Of a DNA stretch of 64,000 nt, positions 13,651 to 26,495 are shown piece by piece. Origin of the DNA: Eledone cirrhosa (lineage: Eukaryota); contig OZ024744.1 of assembly GCA_964016885.1 (NCBI GenBank), forward strand, positions 63,488,001-63,552,000, in the 5' to 3' direction. Each line of letters starts with the position of its first letter. Positions within the stretch are counted from its first letter, which is position 1. Under the pieces are notes generated by a model. It did no database searches and was not told the origin of the DNA. It was given only the letters and a program-made list of their open reading frames with translations. Both the position numbers and the translations under genes were made by a program.

Positions 13651-13679
13651 ATAGTGGAGTTGCTGAAGTATGGAACAAA

Positions 13680-13915
13680 CTACCTGCATCGGTTGTTAGC
13701 CGTCGAGACACTGCTTCCTTTAAGGCCTCCATGCTTCCCAAGATTCGCCAACACTACACCTAATGTTCCCCCTCCATACACATACACACATGTATATCAT
13801 GACTCATACACTATTCACTTCCCTGACATTTGTGTATTATTCTATGTACTATACATGCACCTTTGACGAGTTGTAGTGCACCTGAGCACTTTACACAATA
13901 ATTTTATTATTATTA
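13680..13915 (+). mobile_element. LINE/SINE 3' tail with (TTA)n; second copy of the end at about 28150-28220
   Basis: Shared terminus TTGTAGTGCACCTGAGCACT.TACACAATAATTT(TTA)n. Confidence 0.5.
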
Positions 13916-13921
13916 TATATA

Positions 13922-14501
13922 TCTATATATATAAAACAGAAGATGTCTGCCTGTGTGTGTGTGAGTTTGAATCCCTAAAACTAGAGAACCACCCAACCGA
14001 CTGTTTTCAAATTTTACACATGTTTCAGGGAGTGTTCTGAGCACAAAAAATTCAAATTTTCAATGCCCTAGGGACCGCATTAGGCGATTTAGCGATCTCT
14101 CTCTATAATTCTTAGTCTTTCTCTTTTTAGATAGATACATACATATAACGTCGCGCCCTTATAATATCTGTCTGTATGTCTGGCTGTCTGCATTACGTCA
14201 CTTCCTACAATTCGCTCTGCGTCTAGAACACACCCTTATAATATCTGTCTGTATGTCTGGCTGTCTGTTGCCTCCGGTTATTCTGCCACCCTTGCTCAAG
14301 ACAAATCTCACACTAATTCCCCAAACAATTGGTAAGTGTACACAACTTCTTCCTCACGTTTTAAGCCACAGTGTTGCTTACTTACGTACCACCAGACCCT
14401 TACTTCTTTGCCAGTCGTGGTTGTGGCAATACTAAGCTTAGCTAAGGTGGTTATATATTTCACAATACCTTATCCCATGCAACGCCGGGTACCACTGCTA
14501 G
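13922..14501 (+). mobile_element. Non-autonomous Helitron
   Basis: A|TCTATATATATAAAA start, subterminal hairpin CCCATGCAACGCCGGG, CTAG|T end; related copy at 48598-49768 on minus strand. Confidence 0.75.
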
Positions 14502-14534
14502 TATATATATATATAACCCAGTATAATCTGTGTA

Positions 14535-14998
14535 TGGGCAGGTAGTTGGTGATTAAAACGGCAACCCCATCAAGCTTGCTTGGCGTGAGGAGGGAGATTT
14601 TAGACACCCTGCAGGATGAAAAACAAGACCTGTCAATAGGCAGAGGAACTTAGGAGAGTCAACAGCCATCTAACAAAGTTTTTTTTTTAATGGAGCAAGA
14701 GATGCCTAGTCTTCATTAAGACATCTCTCTAGGAGAAGGTCACTCTGATATAAAACCTGTGACTTCAACCAGTTCTTTGCATTTAATGTTCAGAGAGTGG
14801 GATTGGCCTCATGCAAAGCTTTTCCTCACTTAAAAAAGTTTCCGGCACAGGCATCACTTGAAATGTGACATTTATTGCTATATATGGTATTGCTGGCCAT
14901 AGGCAAGTCCCTAGTAGGACTGAAAAGCCACGTACGTGATGCTCATGCTTAAGTATCAAGTGATAGCATTACTGGAAATCGAGTTTCAGCCATCATAT
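14535..14998 (+). mobile_element. Bipartite RTE-derived non-autonomous element
   Basis: Same 5' module as 8725/63822; ends with VGLKSHVRDAHA* finger remnant and GAGTTTCAGCCATCAT. Confidence 0.7.
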
Positions 14999-15190
14999 AT
15001 ATATATATATATATAATTATATGTACAGATTAAAATTTAAGTAAAGAATCACTGCTTTCACCCTTTTACCAGATCTTCTGATTTAATCTTCTTCTTATAT
15101 ATATATATATATAATCCTTATGGACCCCTCTTTGGATTTTAGTCTTCACATTTATTATTACTATTATATATATATATATACACAGACACA

Positions 15191-15540
15191 CAACTGGTCA
15201 TACATTGTCTATTAACATGGTAAAAGTTTAAGTATAGAACGATCTCGACTTGGTAATTCATATATTTTGTTTCTACTTCAATTTTGCCACTACATATTCC
15301 TTATTTCATACTTATCCTGCCTTCGAGCGTATTTTAGAATTTGCTTGTAAAGATTGATTAATTAATCTCCGAACACAAATTCTGAACAACACTCGAAGGC
15401 AAAATAATAATCAAGTAAGAAATGAAAAGTATGTAATTATAAAACTGAAATAGAAAGAAAATATATAATTTAACCTGAAACCAGAATTGTACAGATGAGA
15501 TGATTTTTTACCAGTTTGATAGACAATATATGGCCAGTTG
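15191..15540. repeat. Old palindromic (MITE-like) element
   Basis: CAACTGGTCATACATTGTCTATTAA vs TTGATAGACAATATATGGCCAGTTG, centred on GATTAATTAATC at about 15360. Confidence 0.6.
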
Positions 15541-15725
15541 ACCTAAAGATGTTTGTGGCCAACCACATAAAACCACTTAAAACGAAAAAATTACACATAT
15601 TTACAATATCAATTTTAGTACATTATTATTATTATTATCATTATTATTATTATCTATATTTCTTTCTATCATGCAAGTTGATCCTAAATAGTTATTTCCT
15701 TTATTTCCTAAATTTATCTTCCACT

Positions 15726-16230
15726 TCATCATCATCATCATCATCGTTTAACGTCCATGTTCCACGCTTGCATGGGGTTGGATGGGAGTTTTCCCACTTG
15801 AGGCAAGAGTGGTTGTCTTGCTCGCATAGGACTGTCTGGCGGGTTTTCTACAGTTGGATGCCCTTCCTAACACCAACCACATTTACAGTGTGGGGCTGGG
15901 AGGTTTTTACCGTGTTGCCTACACGGCCACATTACAGCGTGGACTGTCTGGCGGGTTTTCTACAGCTGGATGCCCTTCATAACACCAACCACATTTACAG
16001 TGTGGGGCTGGGAGGTTTTTACCGTGTTGCCTACACGGCCACATTACAGCGTGGACTGTCTGGCGGGTTTTCTACAGCTGGATGCCCTTCCTAACACCAA
16101 CCACATTTACAGTGTGGGGCTGGGAGGTGTTTACCGTGTTGCCTACACGGCCACATTACAGCGTGGACTGTGTGTTTTTTTTGTCGTGACACCTACACGA
16201 TCTCATTTGTTTCGGCCTGGATGTTGTGGC
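15726..16230 (-). mobile_element. RTE 3' tail with three tandem 112-bp units
   Basis: GGACTGT recurs at 15829, 15941, 16053 and 16165; (CAT)n end. Confidence 0.8.
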
Positions 16231-16321
16231 ATTTATAAATGTTAATTTTTATTTTATAAACGCATTCTATCTATATGCATATATATATATATATAAATGA
16301 ACATATGTGTGTGTATATATT

Positions 16322-16582
16322 ATCATCGTTTAACGCCTATCTTCCACACTAGCATGGGTTTAGACGGGAATTGTCCCACTTGAGGCAAAATTGGTCGGGT
16401 GACCGTGTCTCACTCGTATAGGACTGTCTCCCTTTCCTAACACCAACCAGTGTGGACTGGGAGGTTTTTACCATGTTACCTACACGGCCACATTACAGCG
16501 TGGACTGTGTGTTTTTTTTGTCATGATACCTACACGACCTTGTTTATTTTGGACTGGATGTTGTGGTACTAACATAACTTAT
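16322..16582 (-). mobile_element. RTE 3' tail fragment
   Basis: Same tail family as 6090-6420. Confidence 0.7.
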
Positions 16583-16609
16583 AATATATATATATATACA
16601 CAGAAACCA

Positions 16610-17228
16610 GATGCTGTTTACTCGAGAGAAGATTATGTTGGTATTGTCACGTGATGCGCATGAAAGACGACAGCTGTATAAAAAAGTGCAGGGCGATCAA
16701 AATTGATGGAAGTTACGGAGTAGGTAGACCCAGAAAAACCTGGGACGACGCTTATACCTCTCTAAAACAATGTCACTGGACTGAGATCTTTGGCGCTACG
16801 CAGTAATACAGAAGAACCGCCTTCCCTATGTGCAAAGTTAACCTACAGTCAGTAGGTGCTTCCAAACCAAATTTACACCCCAACCCACTACCCCAATCCA
16901 TCCTCCCACTCCTGCCAACCCCACCCTTTCTCTATAAAGTTATGTTGGTACCACAACACCCAGTCCAATCTAAAGAGGTTGTGTAGGTGTCACGATAAAA
17001 AAAAACACACAGTCCACGCTGTAATGTGGCTTTGTAGGAAACACTGTAAAAAGGTTCCCAGTCCACACTGTAAATGGTTGTTGTTAGGAAGGACATCCAG
17101 CCATAGAAAACCGTCAGATAGTCCTATATGAGTGAGACACAGTCACCCGACCAACCTTGCCTGAAGTGGGACAACTCCCATCTAACCCATGCTAGCGTGG
17201 AAGATAGACGTTAAACGATGATGATGAT
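16610..17228 (+). mobile_element. RTE 3' fragment (RT C-terminus + 3' UTR + (GAT)n)
   Basis: ERRLCWYCHVMRM..GVGRPRKTW then the family tail. Confidence 0.8.
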
Positions 17229-17315
17229 ATATATAGTTGTTGAATGGTTGCAATAAATGCGTCCGTAAGCGGTATGCCATTTTAGCACTCGATGTTCGCG
17301 CAGAGCAGAGTATAT

Positions 17316-17494
17316 TATTATAGATAACGAGGAATCAGTGATGCATCAAAACATTTATCTATTAACATATTACATATGTTTCTCCGACGATCAGTTCAAG
17401 GCAGGATCTGAAACAGAGCTGATCGTCAGAGAAACATATGTAATATGTTAATAAATTGTTTTGATGCATCACTGATTCCTCGTTATCTATAATA
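17316..17494. repeat. Fold-back element pivoting just 5' of a hammerhead GAAA
   Basis: Arms 17316-17397 and 17416-17494; right arm reads GAAA-CATATG-TA. Confidence 0.85.
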
Positions 17495-17503
17495 TATATA
17501 TAT

Positions 17504-17694
17504 AACAAAGGAGGTGTGGTAAGGAACCAGATGGACCATAACACACCAGAGTACTCAATACTTAGGGTAGTAGAGTGGGTAATAGGAAAGAGTTTAACCC
17601 TGACGGCAGAGCTCAAGCCGTTTCGACGGCTATTTCTGGACTCAGAGTCCAGAAATAGTCGTCAAAACGGCTTGAGCTCTGGGTTAAACCTATT
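17504..17694. repeat. PLE-end fold-back centred on hammerhead helix II; family shared with 43945-44142
   Basis: Palindrome centred at 17644; minus strand reads ..GCCGTC-GAAA-CGGC-loop-GCCG-TC. Confidence 0.85.
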
Positions 17695-19030
17695 CATCAT
17701 CATAATCATCATCATCATTTTACGTCCACTTTTCCCTGCTTGCAAGGGTGGGACGGGTCTTATTCAGCACAGCATCTCTCCACTTGTCACGGTCCCTCGT
17801 CATCTCCACCGTGAGCTTCAGCAATCTGAGGTCTGTTCTCACCACCTCCGCCCATGTTTTTCGTGGTCTACCTCTACCACGTCTTCCTTCAACTGACATT
17901 TCCTTGCACTTCTTCACCCATCGGTCATCTTCCATGTGCAACACATGTCCATACCACCTCAGTCTCCTCTCCCATACACTACATTCTATCCCTCTCAGAC
18001 AGTTTCTCTCTCAACACATCCATGTTGGGTCGTTCACGCACATTTACACTGCACATCCAACGGAGCATGCTTGCCTCATTTCTCTCCAGCCGTCGCATAT
18101 CCTCTGCAGTTGCTGCCCAAGTCTCACTACCATGCAGCATCGCGCACCTCAGCCAGGCATCATATAACCGGCCTTTCATATGCAGGGAGAAACCCTTCTT
18201 AGTCAGCAGAGGAAGCAGCTCCCTAAACTTCTTCCAACCCATCCTTATTCTAGATACTATGGCCTCGGAACCCCCCCCCCCCCCCTCCCATGCTTATCTG
18301 ATCACCTAGGTACCAGAAGCTATCCACCACTTCTATAGCTCCCGCCTGCATTTGAAAAATGTGTCTATCAATGCGACTTCTACTGTCTAATTTCCCTGTA
18401 CATCTACTGCATACGTATTTCTCACTACCTGTTAGTTTACCTGCTATCCCACTACATCTTTTGTGTACCCAGGATCTGCATTGTGTGTATTTTATAGAGA
18501 ATTTATGCCAGTTCCTTTTCTGCATATCGAACATGGCCATTTCCCTGACGGAATCAGAGTTTTGTCCTCTTTTCTACTCATCAACACTTTTGTCTTAGAT
18601 AAGTTCACTCTCAGTCCTCTTGCTTCCAACTGCTGTTTCCATAGCCAGAATTTATTCTCTAGCTCCTCTACTGATTCTGCTATAAGAACCAGATCGTCAA
18701 CATAGAGAAGTTCCCATGGACAGCCAGTCTTAAACTCCTCTGTTATGGCTTGGGGGACTATAATGAACAAGAACAGGCTGAGGACCGAACTTTGATGTAC
18801 TCCTACTTGTATCTGGAATTCCTCACTAAACTCCATTCCTACCCTGACTTTACTGACAGCACCTCTGTACAAAGTTTGCACTGTCCTCACAAGCCATTCC
18901 TCAACACCTAGTTTTCTTAGGGACCACCAGATGACTGATCGGGGTACCCTATCAAAGACCTTCTCTAGGTCAACAAAGGCTAAGTATAGTGGCTTATTCT
19001 TCTCTAAGAATCTCTCTGAAGGGATCAGGG
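17695..19030 (-). mobile_element. RTE-family LINE with PHD-like finger inside RT (pseudogenised)
   Basis: AFVDLEKVFD, GVHQ, LLYVDD, CSIC..QC..HKRC..CSRC, FWYLG, HGSETW; highly similar to 39753-40870. Confidence 0.9.
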
Positions 19031-19429
19031 TCCTGTCTTCTGTCCTTCTTTGCCAACTTATTTCTAGGAGCGTCATGGGGGCAGAGTCCTCAAGCATTCA
19101 GCTACCAGCCCACGCCAAAGAGGGTAAACTGTCAAAGTATTGGCCGTTCTCTGATTAGTTTGTGGTTGAGTTTAAAGCAGTGGAAACTCCCAGCATTCTT
19201 GGCTTTTGAACATCTCTGCTCCCTGCTATCAGAGTGGAGTTGGCTGCCCACAGGTGCAAACTCCACGAGATGAAGTGGCTGTTCCACCGCATCACCCTCG
19301 CTGTCCTCTGGGATAATGTCCTGTTAACCAGGACCATGAGGTGGATGACATATCAGGGCAGGAGTAGGGTGGCAGTCTTCAGGCGAAAGGGTTAATAATG
19401 CTGATGCAGTCACATACACTAGCTTAAAC

Positions 19430-21130
19430 TATTCTTGACTGTTAGCATTTCAGTAAAAAGACATAGCTGAAAAGAACAAAGTTGTCTCGCTAAAAAGAGG
19501 GCATATGCATTATTCCTCCTCTTGTACAAAACCAAATTCTATCTCATCTAATTTAACTCTTTCCCTAGTTGTGCTAGAATTCTGACATTTTCAGAACTTG
19601 ATCCATTAGTTTTATACCTGTAGTTGAACCTTTCTAGTTCATCACCTTTCCCCTTGAAACAATTAATGAGTTCTCTATAACACCAATTATTGGATAAGAC
19701 TCCATTATGTATTACCTGATTGGTCATGCTGGTGACTAGTTTGATCCCTACTTCCCCAGATGATTTCAGTATCTCAGCAACTATCTTTTATAAACCAGTG
19801 GTTTTACAATTTTTCATCCCCTTGATTGATTCTTTGACGCTATAACTATTAAATTCGGTAGCTGGTCCCTCTGTTGGGTTAACTGTGGACAGTCTCTCTT
19901 TCTTCCACTCAACCTCTCATATTAGTATTTCCATGACTCTTTCTTTTGAGCAGTAGTGATGCTAAGTGTACCAGTGTCATTTCAGACACTTTTCCCCCAA
20001 CAATGTCCTGGTTTTCACTGATACACTGTTTAGTGATTCAAAATCTGATCCTCACTTTTCAAGACATTGGCTAATCTACTTTCAGCTTCTATACATGCTA
20101 AGTTTACCTGTCATCTCGCTTCTTTTAACTATCCAGTACTGATTTTTGCTTCCCATAATTGTCACTTGTTTTAACAGCTCTATTCACAGCTGTTACACCA
20201 CTAGGTTCCCATCCGTCTGGCTAGTGCTTTGTTCCAGCCACAAGTTTTGTCAGTAGTTTTTAGTAAGTTTTCTCATAGTAAATTCCAATTGTTCTGTCAT
20301 TTATCTAACTCTTCCTCCCTCTTGTCATATGCATCATGTAGGGCTTTTCTGAACCAATATTTAACAAGGCAGTCCTTTAGCTTCCATACTCTCCTCCTCC
20401 ATATTTTCCTGGATTTCTTGAGCTTATTCTGATGTTACTAATAACTAATTTATGTTGTATGGTGCAGTCTTCTCCAAGGAAGAACAAAGTATTCACAACA
20501 ATCTGCCTATCCAGTTTTCTAACAAGTAAAAAGTCAATCTGGCTTATGTGTTCACCTGATTAGTAGGTGATCAAGTGGCTGACTGGTTTTCTTCCTCATA
20601 CCATAACCATAGCTGTGTGTTCCTGTGCAGCCATCCTGGTGCTGGCCAACATGTCCATTGAAGTTACCAGCTAGGATGATAATATATGTCATCAGTAACT
20701 GAGATTGTCTATAAAAGTTTCTCATAGAAACGGTCCTTTTGTTCCTTAGTCCAGCTTGTAGTGCCTAGCTAGAGATAATTGTTGTGATTCTATTGCACAT
20801 GACTATTCCAAGCTTGATAATTCTGTCACTTACTCTAACTACTTCAATTACCTTATTTCACCACTTCTCAGCTAGTAGAATGCCTACTCCTCTTACACCA
20901 TCATTTTTTCCCCTTGAAAAGTTTATATTTAAGGTGTTAGCCTGTGAGAAATCTGACTAGAGCTCCCTCCCATCTCACTTCTTGGACACTGTACACATCT
21001 CCTCTCAAGTAACTATACAGTTTCTTCAGATCTACCTTCCAGAGTGCCTAGATTAAGAGTAGCTGCCCTGAGATGTGTTACCTGACAGTGGTCATGAGTT
21101 CATTCTTCGGTAGATTCCTGTAGCTGAAAT
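19430..21130 (-). mobile_element. Heavily decayed RTE APE/RT fragment
   Basis: Minus-strand remnants such as VQEVRWEGA, GVGILLAEKW, AGNFNGHVGQH and YRYKTNGSSS. Confidence 0.6.
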
Positions 21131-23811
21131 GGAAAATGGGTGTACGATTGTTTGATGATTCAAGGAGTTCTTGCACATAGCTGGGTTAGCCACCTAGCTA
21201 CCATGCACAGTACTAACAGGATTAGCGTTAGTCATGTATACGCAATTATTTTCAATATCATACATAGCACTGGTCATGATTTTTGCAAATTTTTTTTCTG
21301 GCTGGAAGCCCTTGCACCAGCACTAGATGTCTAACCACACATGAGAGTCCTCACTACTCTGTATCAGTTTTTATAGTGATTGCTATCTTAGAAGGGTTTG
21401 CTTTCACTACAGTAATATCCAATGACCATATGATATAATGATATTGTAAAAACTTATTTATGTCTGAAGAAGTTCCTTCCATATATATATATCCAGGATT
21501 TTAAAATATGGACGGTACAGAAATGTATATCACATAGTAAAATATGGAAATATAATCTCCAGTTTTTGTCTCAAATTCCTGTATGTTTATACTCCATAGA
21601 TGAAATATTATAATATCATTCTTACAACTATCAATTAGTACAACCTATGTTGATTGCCAAGTGTAGCATACATTTGAATTAATTATTTCCTATGGTACAA
21701 ATTCCTCCCTCTCTTTAAACAAACAAAAAAAATAGTAGTATAGATAATATGAAGTTTTGTAAGATATGTAATAAATGATTAAAGTTTCAGAAAGCTGCCA
21801 CATTTCAATGAGAAGACAACCTCTACCATCTGACAAGTCATCCATAGTGAGAGCCTGAATACAGTTGAACAAGAAAAAGTTTTAAATAGGTTAAAAATTC
21901 ACAAAGCAGAGTGGCTACTACATTGGCTCCACACATGCATATTTAAGACACTTAGACAAGTTAGGGATGAAAACATTGATTGTTCCTTTTGTTCTGAACA
22001 ATTTTCATCATTTTTACATTTGAAAAGAGGGTCCCAACTATGAAATATTATATGGAAATATACAGGATAAAACATTACTTTGTTTTGTTTTGTTTTATTT
22101 GTCATCTTTTCCCTTTATATATTTCTACAACATTGTACCAGCTTTCTGAAATTTATTAGTACAAAAAATATATATAGAGAGAGATCCATATTTTCATCAT
22201 CTTCGTTTTTTTATGTTCATTTTTTCATGCTTGCATGGGTTGGATTACAATTTCCTTTCACTCATTGCACTTCATCCTCTCTCCTGTAAAGTTTAGTTTC
22301 GAGATGTACTCTCAATACTTCTGTCCAGGTTTTCATACATTTTCTTCTACTTCAGCTGCCCTCAAATTAGAACTCCTGGCACTTCTTCACCAAATGATTG
22401 TCATCCATACACATTACATGGCCATACCATGTGAAGACTGATCTTAGAAAACTGAACCTCATGACAGATGACAAAGGACTGGTGGCATGTGGTGCTGCAG
22501 AAGACTCAGCTATAAATCATATGACCTGACCCATTCATGTTCCCTCTCCTATCATTCCTTAGCAGCTATTCTTACCATCACTGTGCATCCTCACTTATAA
22601 ATCGTAACAGACTAGACATAACTTCTTATCCCATCCCTCTTAAATTCTTACACACCAGTTATAACCCTTTAGTAGCTGTTTTCATCACTACAGAAGTCTC
22701 TACTTTATCAGTGATCACCCTTCCCCCACCTCTCTTGGCATGCACCTAAGACATACTTTCTCACCTCTCCTACCCACACCTATTACACCATATTTATTAC
22801 CCTTCTTACTCCCTCTCCCAGAGAGGGCTCTTCAGTTGAGACTAATGATCTCTTTAGTGCAGGTGCTTTAAAAAATGTATCCAAAACACCATGTAAGGCG
22901 GTTGGAAGGGCAACCCTTGCTAGCAGGGAAAACGAATGTTAAATGATGATATTACATTTATCCATACAGGTGTTTACATATGTGTACATACACATATGTA
23001 CATCGTCATCATCAACATTTTACATCTGTTTTTTTTCCATGCTTATATGTGATGGAGAATTCTATAGCACAGCCTGTCTCCACTTGTGTTCCTTTGTGAG
23101 ATTCAGTGTTTTGGGACTATTTCTCATCATTACTGCTAATGTTTTCTTCTGTTTTCCTTTACTGGGATCTCTTGATATTTCACCTGATGATCATCATCCA
23201 TATGTATCACATATTCATACCAGCACAGTCTTCTTTTTTGCCACTGCATCTGTTTCTTCTTATATCCTGTTTTCCAATTCTCAGTTCATATACATATATA
23301 ACTATTTGTTTTTGGACCTCCATTGGTTTTATGACGAGTGTTCCAATTGTTTGAACAGCCTATTCATGAAATTAATGTGTAAATAGCAGAGCATTCCTCA
23401 GACATGTACACCCATAACAGTATAAATCTCAGGGAGATTCATACATACACACATACATGCATATTTATACATATATATATATCAGAAAGCAATTTAGAAA
23501 GTATATTTTCAGATCAATATTGTGTTATGTTTTTTTTGAGAGGAGGGGTCATAGAATTTTAAAAAATAGATAAAAATATAAATAAAATGTATATTAACGA
23601 GTAATAGCAGCAGTAACAATAATAGAGATTTTGAAAGAACAATATATCATCATGAGTATATAACGCAGCGAGTAATATTGTAATGGTATGGTTTTTCGGG
23701 AATATTTGAAGATTAAGAATATTTCATTTCTTGTAACATTTTACAATCCATTGCATTCAGAATAGTTTGGTAGTTTTGCACACAAAAAATAATAATAAAT
23801 AAAATAAAATT

Positions 23812-24318
23812 TCACGGCGATAATCGGCCTGGTGTGATGGGCAAAGATATGTCTTGGTCAATTTTAATAACGAGTTCTTTTAATTCTTGTAGTTCCCTTT
23901 CTGTATGCTCATACTTGTGAGCTACAAGACGCTTGTAGAAGTGAATTCCAAAAATAATGAACAGAATCAAAACTGGAATGACAAGAGCAGTTGAAGCCAT
24001 TGCTGCATTGAAACTAACTTTGTAGAATTTAACCCAAGATAATATTGCAATTTCAACGAGAAATAGCAAAGTTCCGAGACCTGTGGAGAATCCCCAAGCC
24101 ATTTCTATATACCATCGCATCTTTTCATGTGGGGATTCTTTCACAGCAGAGAAAGAATTCATGTTACTCACAGCCTCGATATTAGGGAGTATGCATGTAC
24201 TTATCATCAAAGCTATTAAATGCACAGAAACAAGTAATGTTGTGCAGACACTAAACGCCACTAAAAGACAGTCTGGTAATGGATTATTTTCTTCAAATTG
24301 AATTTCTACCATAGCAAC
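23812..24318 (-). CDS. Orai: Calcium release-activated calcium channel protein Orai, exon 2 (TM1 end to C-terminus)
   Basis: TTTTTCAG acceptor at 24319-24321 then VAMVEIQ, CTTLLVSVHLIALMISTCILPNIEAVSN, ESPHE, AWGFSTGLGTLLFLVE, WVKF, HFY and a C-terminal coiled coil; TGA at 23812. Confidence 0.97.
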   Translation of the reverse strand, partial: VAMVEIQFEENNPLPDCLLVAFSVCTTLLVSVHLIALMISTCILPNIEAVSNMNSFSAVKESPHEKMRWYIEMAWGFSTGLGTLLFLVEIAILSWVKFYKVSFNAAMASTALVIPVLILFIIFGIHFYKRLVAHKYEHTERELQELKELVIKIDQDISLPITPGRLSP

Positions 24319-25064
24319 CTGAAAAATAATTAAAAAGAGAAACTTGTCTTATAAATTAAGAAAAAAATAATTTGTAATTAAAAAAAAAATTAACATTACA
24401 TTAGACTTTTTTGGGGCTCAAGCTGTTCATGCAAGAAAAGAATTCATTGAACCAGATGTGAAATAAAATTGGTTGTATATAAAGCTGAAGTTATATCTGA
24501 GAAACATCCAACCATACAATAAACAAAAGGCAATATGTTAAGGAAAGAGTCAAATTAGATAAGATGCAGTTCAGTTTTATACCTGGGAAAAGTACTACAG
24601 ATTAATTAAAACGAACTATATACTAACATAGTACCCATCGAAAACAATGGAGTAAAAAGTATTTAATTTAATAATTCTTTGATAACAACATTCTATGTTA
24701 AGCTACTTGAATCTTTGATTTTCCTTGACCATCTTCTTGTCACTGGACATTGACGTATTTCATTTTACTTTCATTTAAATCAATTACAATAATTTTTCTT
24801 GCACATTTTCTTTATTCATTATCAAACATAATTATGGTGACTTTTTTTCTACCTATGTATCTGCCTGCATGTCTGTTTATCTGTCTTTGGACTGCTATTG
24901 GAATTTAGGCTTTGTTGTTGTTCTTGTCCACAGATAGATACATAAAATATTCATAAATAGATAACTACAGAAAGAGAAGGTAGACAGAGAGATAGACAAT
25001 CAGACAAATAGATAGGTCGACAGACGAATAGACAGAGGGGTATGCAGTAATACAGTTAGAGATA

Positions 25065-25385
25065 TATTTCTTTATTTGCCACAAGGCCGCACAAGAAAAG
25101 GGGACAATACAAAGACACATGCCGGGGATTTTACATACAGTAGTGTAAAAATATAAAACAAACAATTATAACAATCGAAATCCCCAATAGGGGAGAAGCG
25201 CCACAAATGGGTTGTTTAATACCCCGTCGATAGAACCCTCAACTTCAGGAGCATGTTGTGCAAGTGCTCCCTTCTTCCTTTTGCTCTCTTCTTTAACCTA
25301 CAGGCTTATAAACAGAGAAGGCCCAATCACTCGGGCCATTTTTGCTTCAATAACCCACCTTTCAGTAAATTTACTGGAGTGCAGA
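25065..25385 (-). mobile_element. L1/Tx1-like LINE 3' end in Orai intron, in a GATA/GACA-rich tract
   Basis: Minus ORF end FTERWVIEAKMARVIGPSL*, then UTR ending TTGTGGCAAATAAAGAAA. Confidence 0.5.
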
Positions 25386-26362
25386 AATAGATAGATACAT
25401 AGGTAGGTTGCTATAGGTAGCTGCAGTATGACCATTGAATATATTGCCAAAACTGTTGTGTGTATGTGAGAGAGGGAGGAGGCGTAGGCGTATGTAGGGA
25501 TGTAGATATCAAATTGCCATTTTCCTATCAAAGTTAGCACAAAGTGGTTGTCACTTGATACTTGCGTTTTCTTATAAAGATTATTAAATGTTTCCGACCG
25601 GATTTCTAAATATTAGAAAAATTATTTTTCTCCGTGTTTCATTTATTTGCCAGAATAACAAAGAATATAAAACAAGTTTACAAGGAGAAAATAAAATATT
25701 TATAGAATTAAATCAATTTTTTTTAGGTAAATTTATTTTTAAAAAAAGAAAAAAAAAAACCCCTCTCGATTCCAGTGGGAAATAATTATTTTATCTCGGT
25801 TTCTTCGTGCTATCAACTAATTTCACCTTCGAACATACCGCGATTGACTTTTTCCCCGGAACACAGAGGGGGATTGGGGAGGGAGGGACGTCAGACTTTA
25901 CTCCCACTCACGGAATTTTCTTTACCATTTTTTAAAGCTTTGTACATAAAAGGATGGGGAAGACCCTCGGAGTTTCGCAGATCTACACCCCACTCGCGTT
26001 TTTTCGTTTGTTTTTGTTTTTTCGCGAGTTATTGATGAAGATAACCTGACCCTTAAACTTAACCCTTTCGACATTACACATGGAGAAAAAAGGTAAAGAA
26101 AACTCCAAGGGTGGGAGGAAAGTACTTACCTGAAAAACGTAATTAATGGTTGAGTACATAATAATAATTGTGTAATAATTATAGTCATATTAATATTAAA
26201 AATATACATTAACTAATATTTTTATTAGTTAAGTAATATATATATATATGTGTGTGTGAATATATATATATATCATCACCGTTTTACGTCCATTCTTCCA
26301 CAATAGCATGGGTTAGACGGGTTGTCCTGTTGTGGGCAATGCCAGGTATAGATATATATATA

Positions 26363-26495
26363 AAGTCCCAGGTTCAATCGGATGTAACCACAGTAAGGTA
26401 CTCAATTGATTTGTAAAATGTAAACAATAATTTAATATAGAAATGGCTTCTACGGGACTAGAACTGTCTGTTCCATTCAAAGGAAATCATAGGGA
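26363..26495 (-). mobile_element. Diverged fragment of the Naiad pLTR (family of 43128-43660 and 56570-56945) in Orai intron
   Basis: GGTTCAAT..GTAACCAC.GTAAGGTACTCAAT..CTAC.GGACTAGAACTGT matches 43135-43250. Confidence 0.65.

Noticed and set aside
15829-16170. Regular repeat array resembling CRISPR
   Set aside because: Whole 112-bp units are repeated with no unique spacers; it lies within a LINE 3' UTR in eukaryotic DNA
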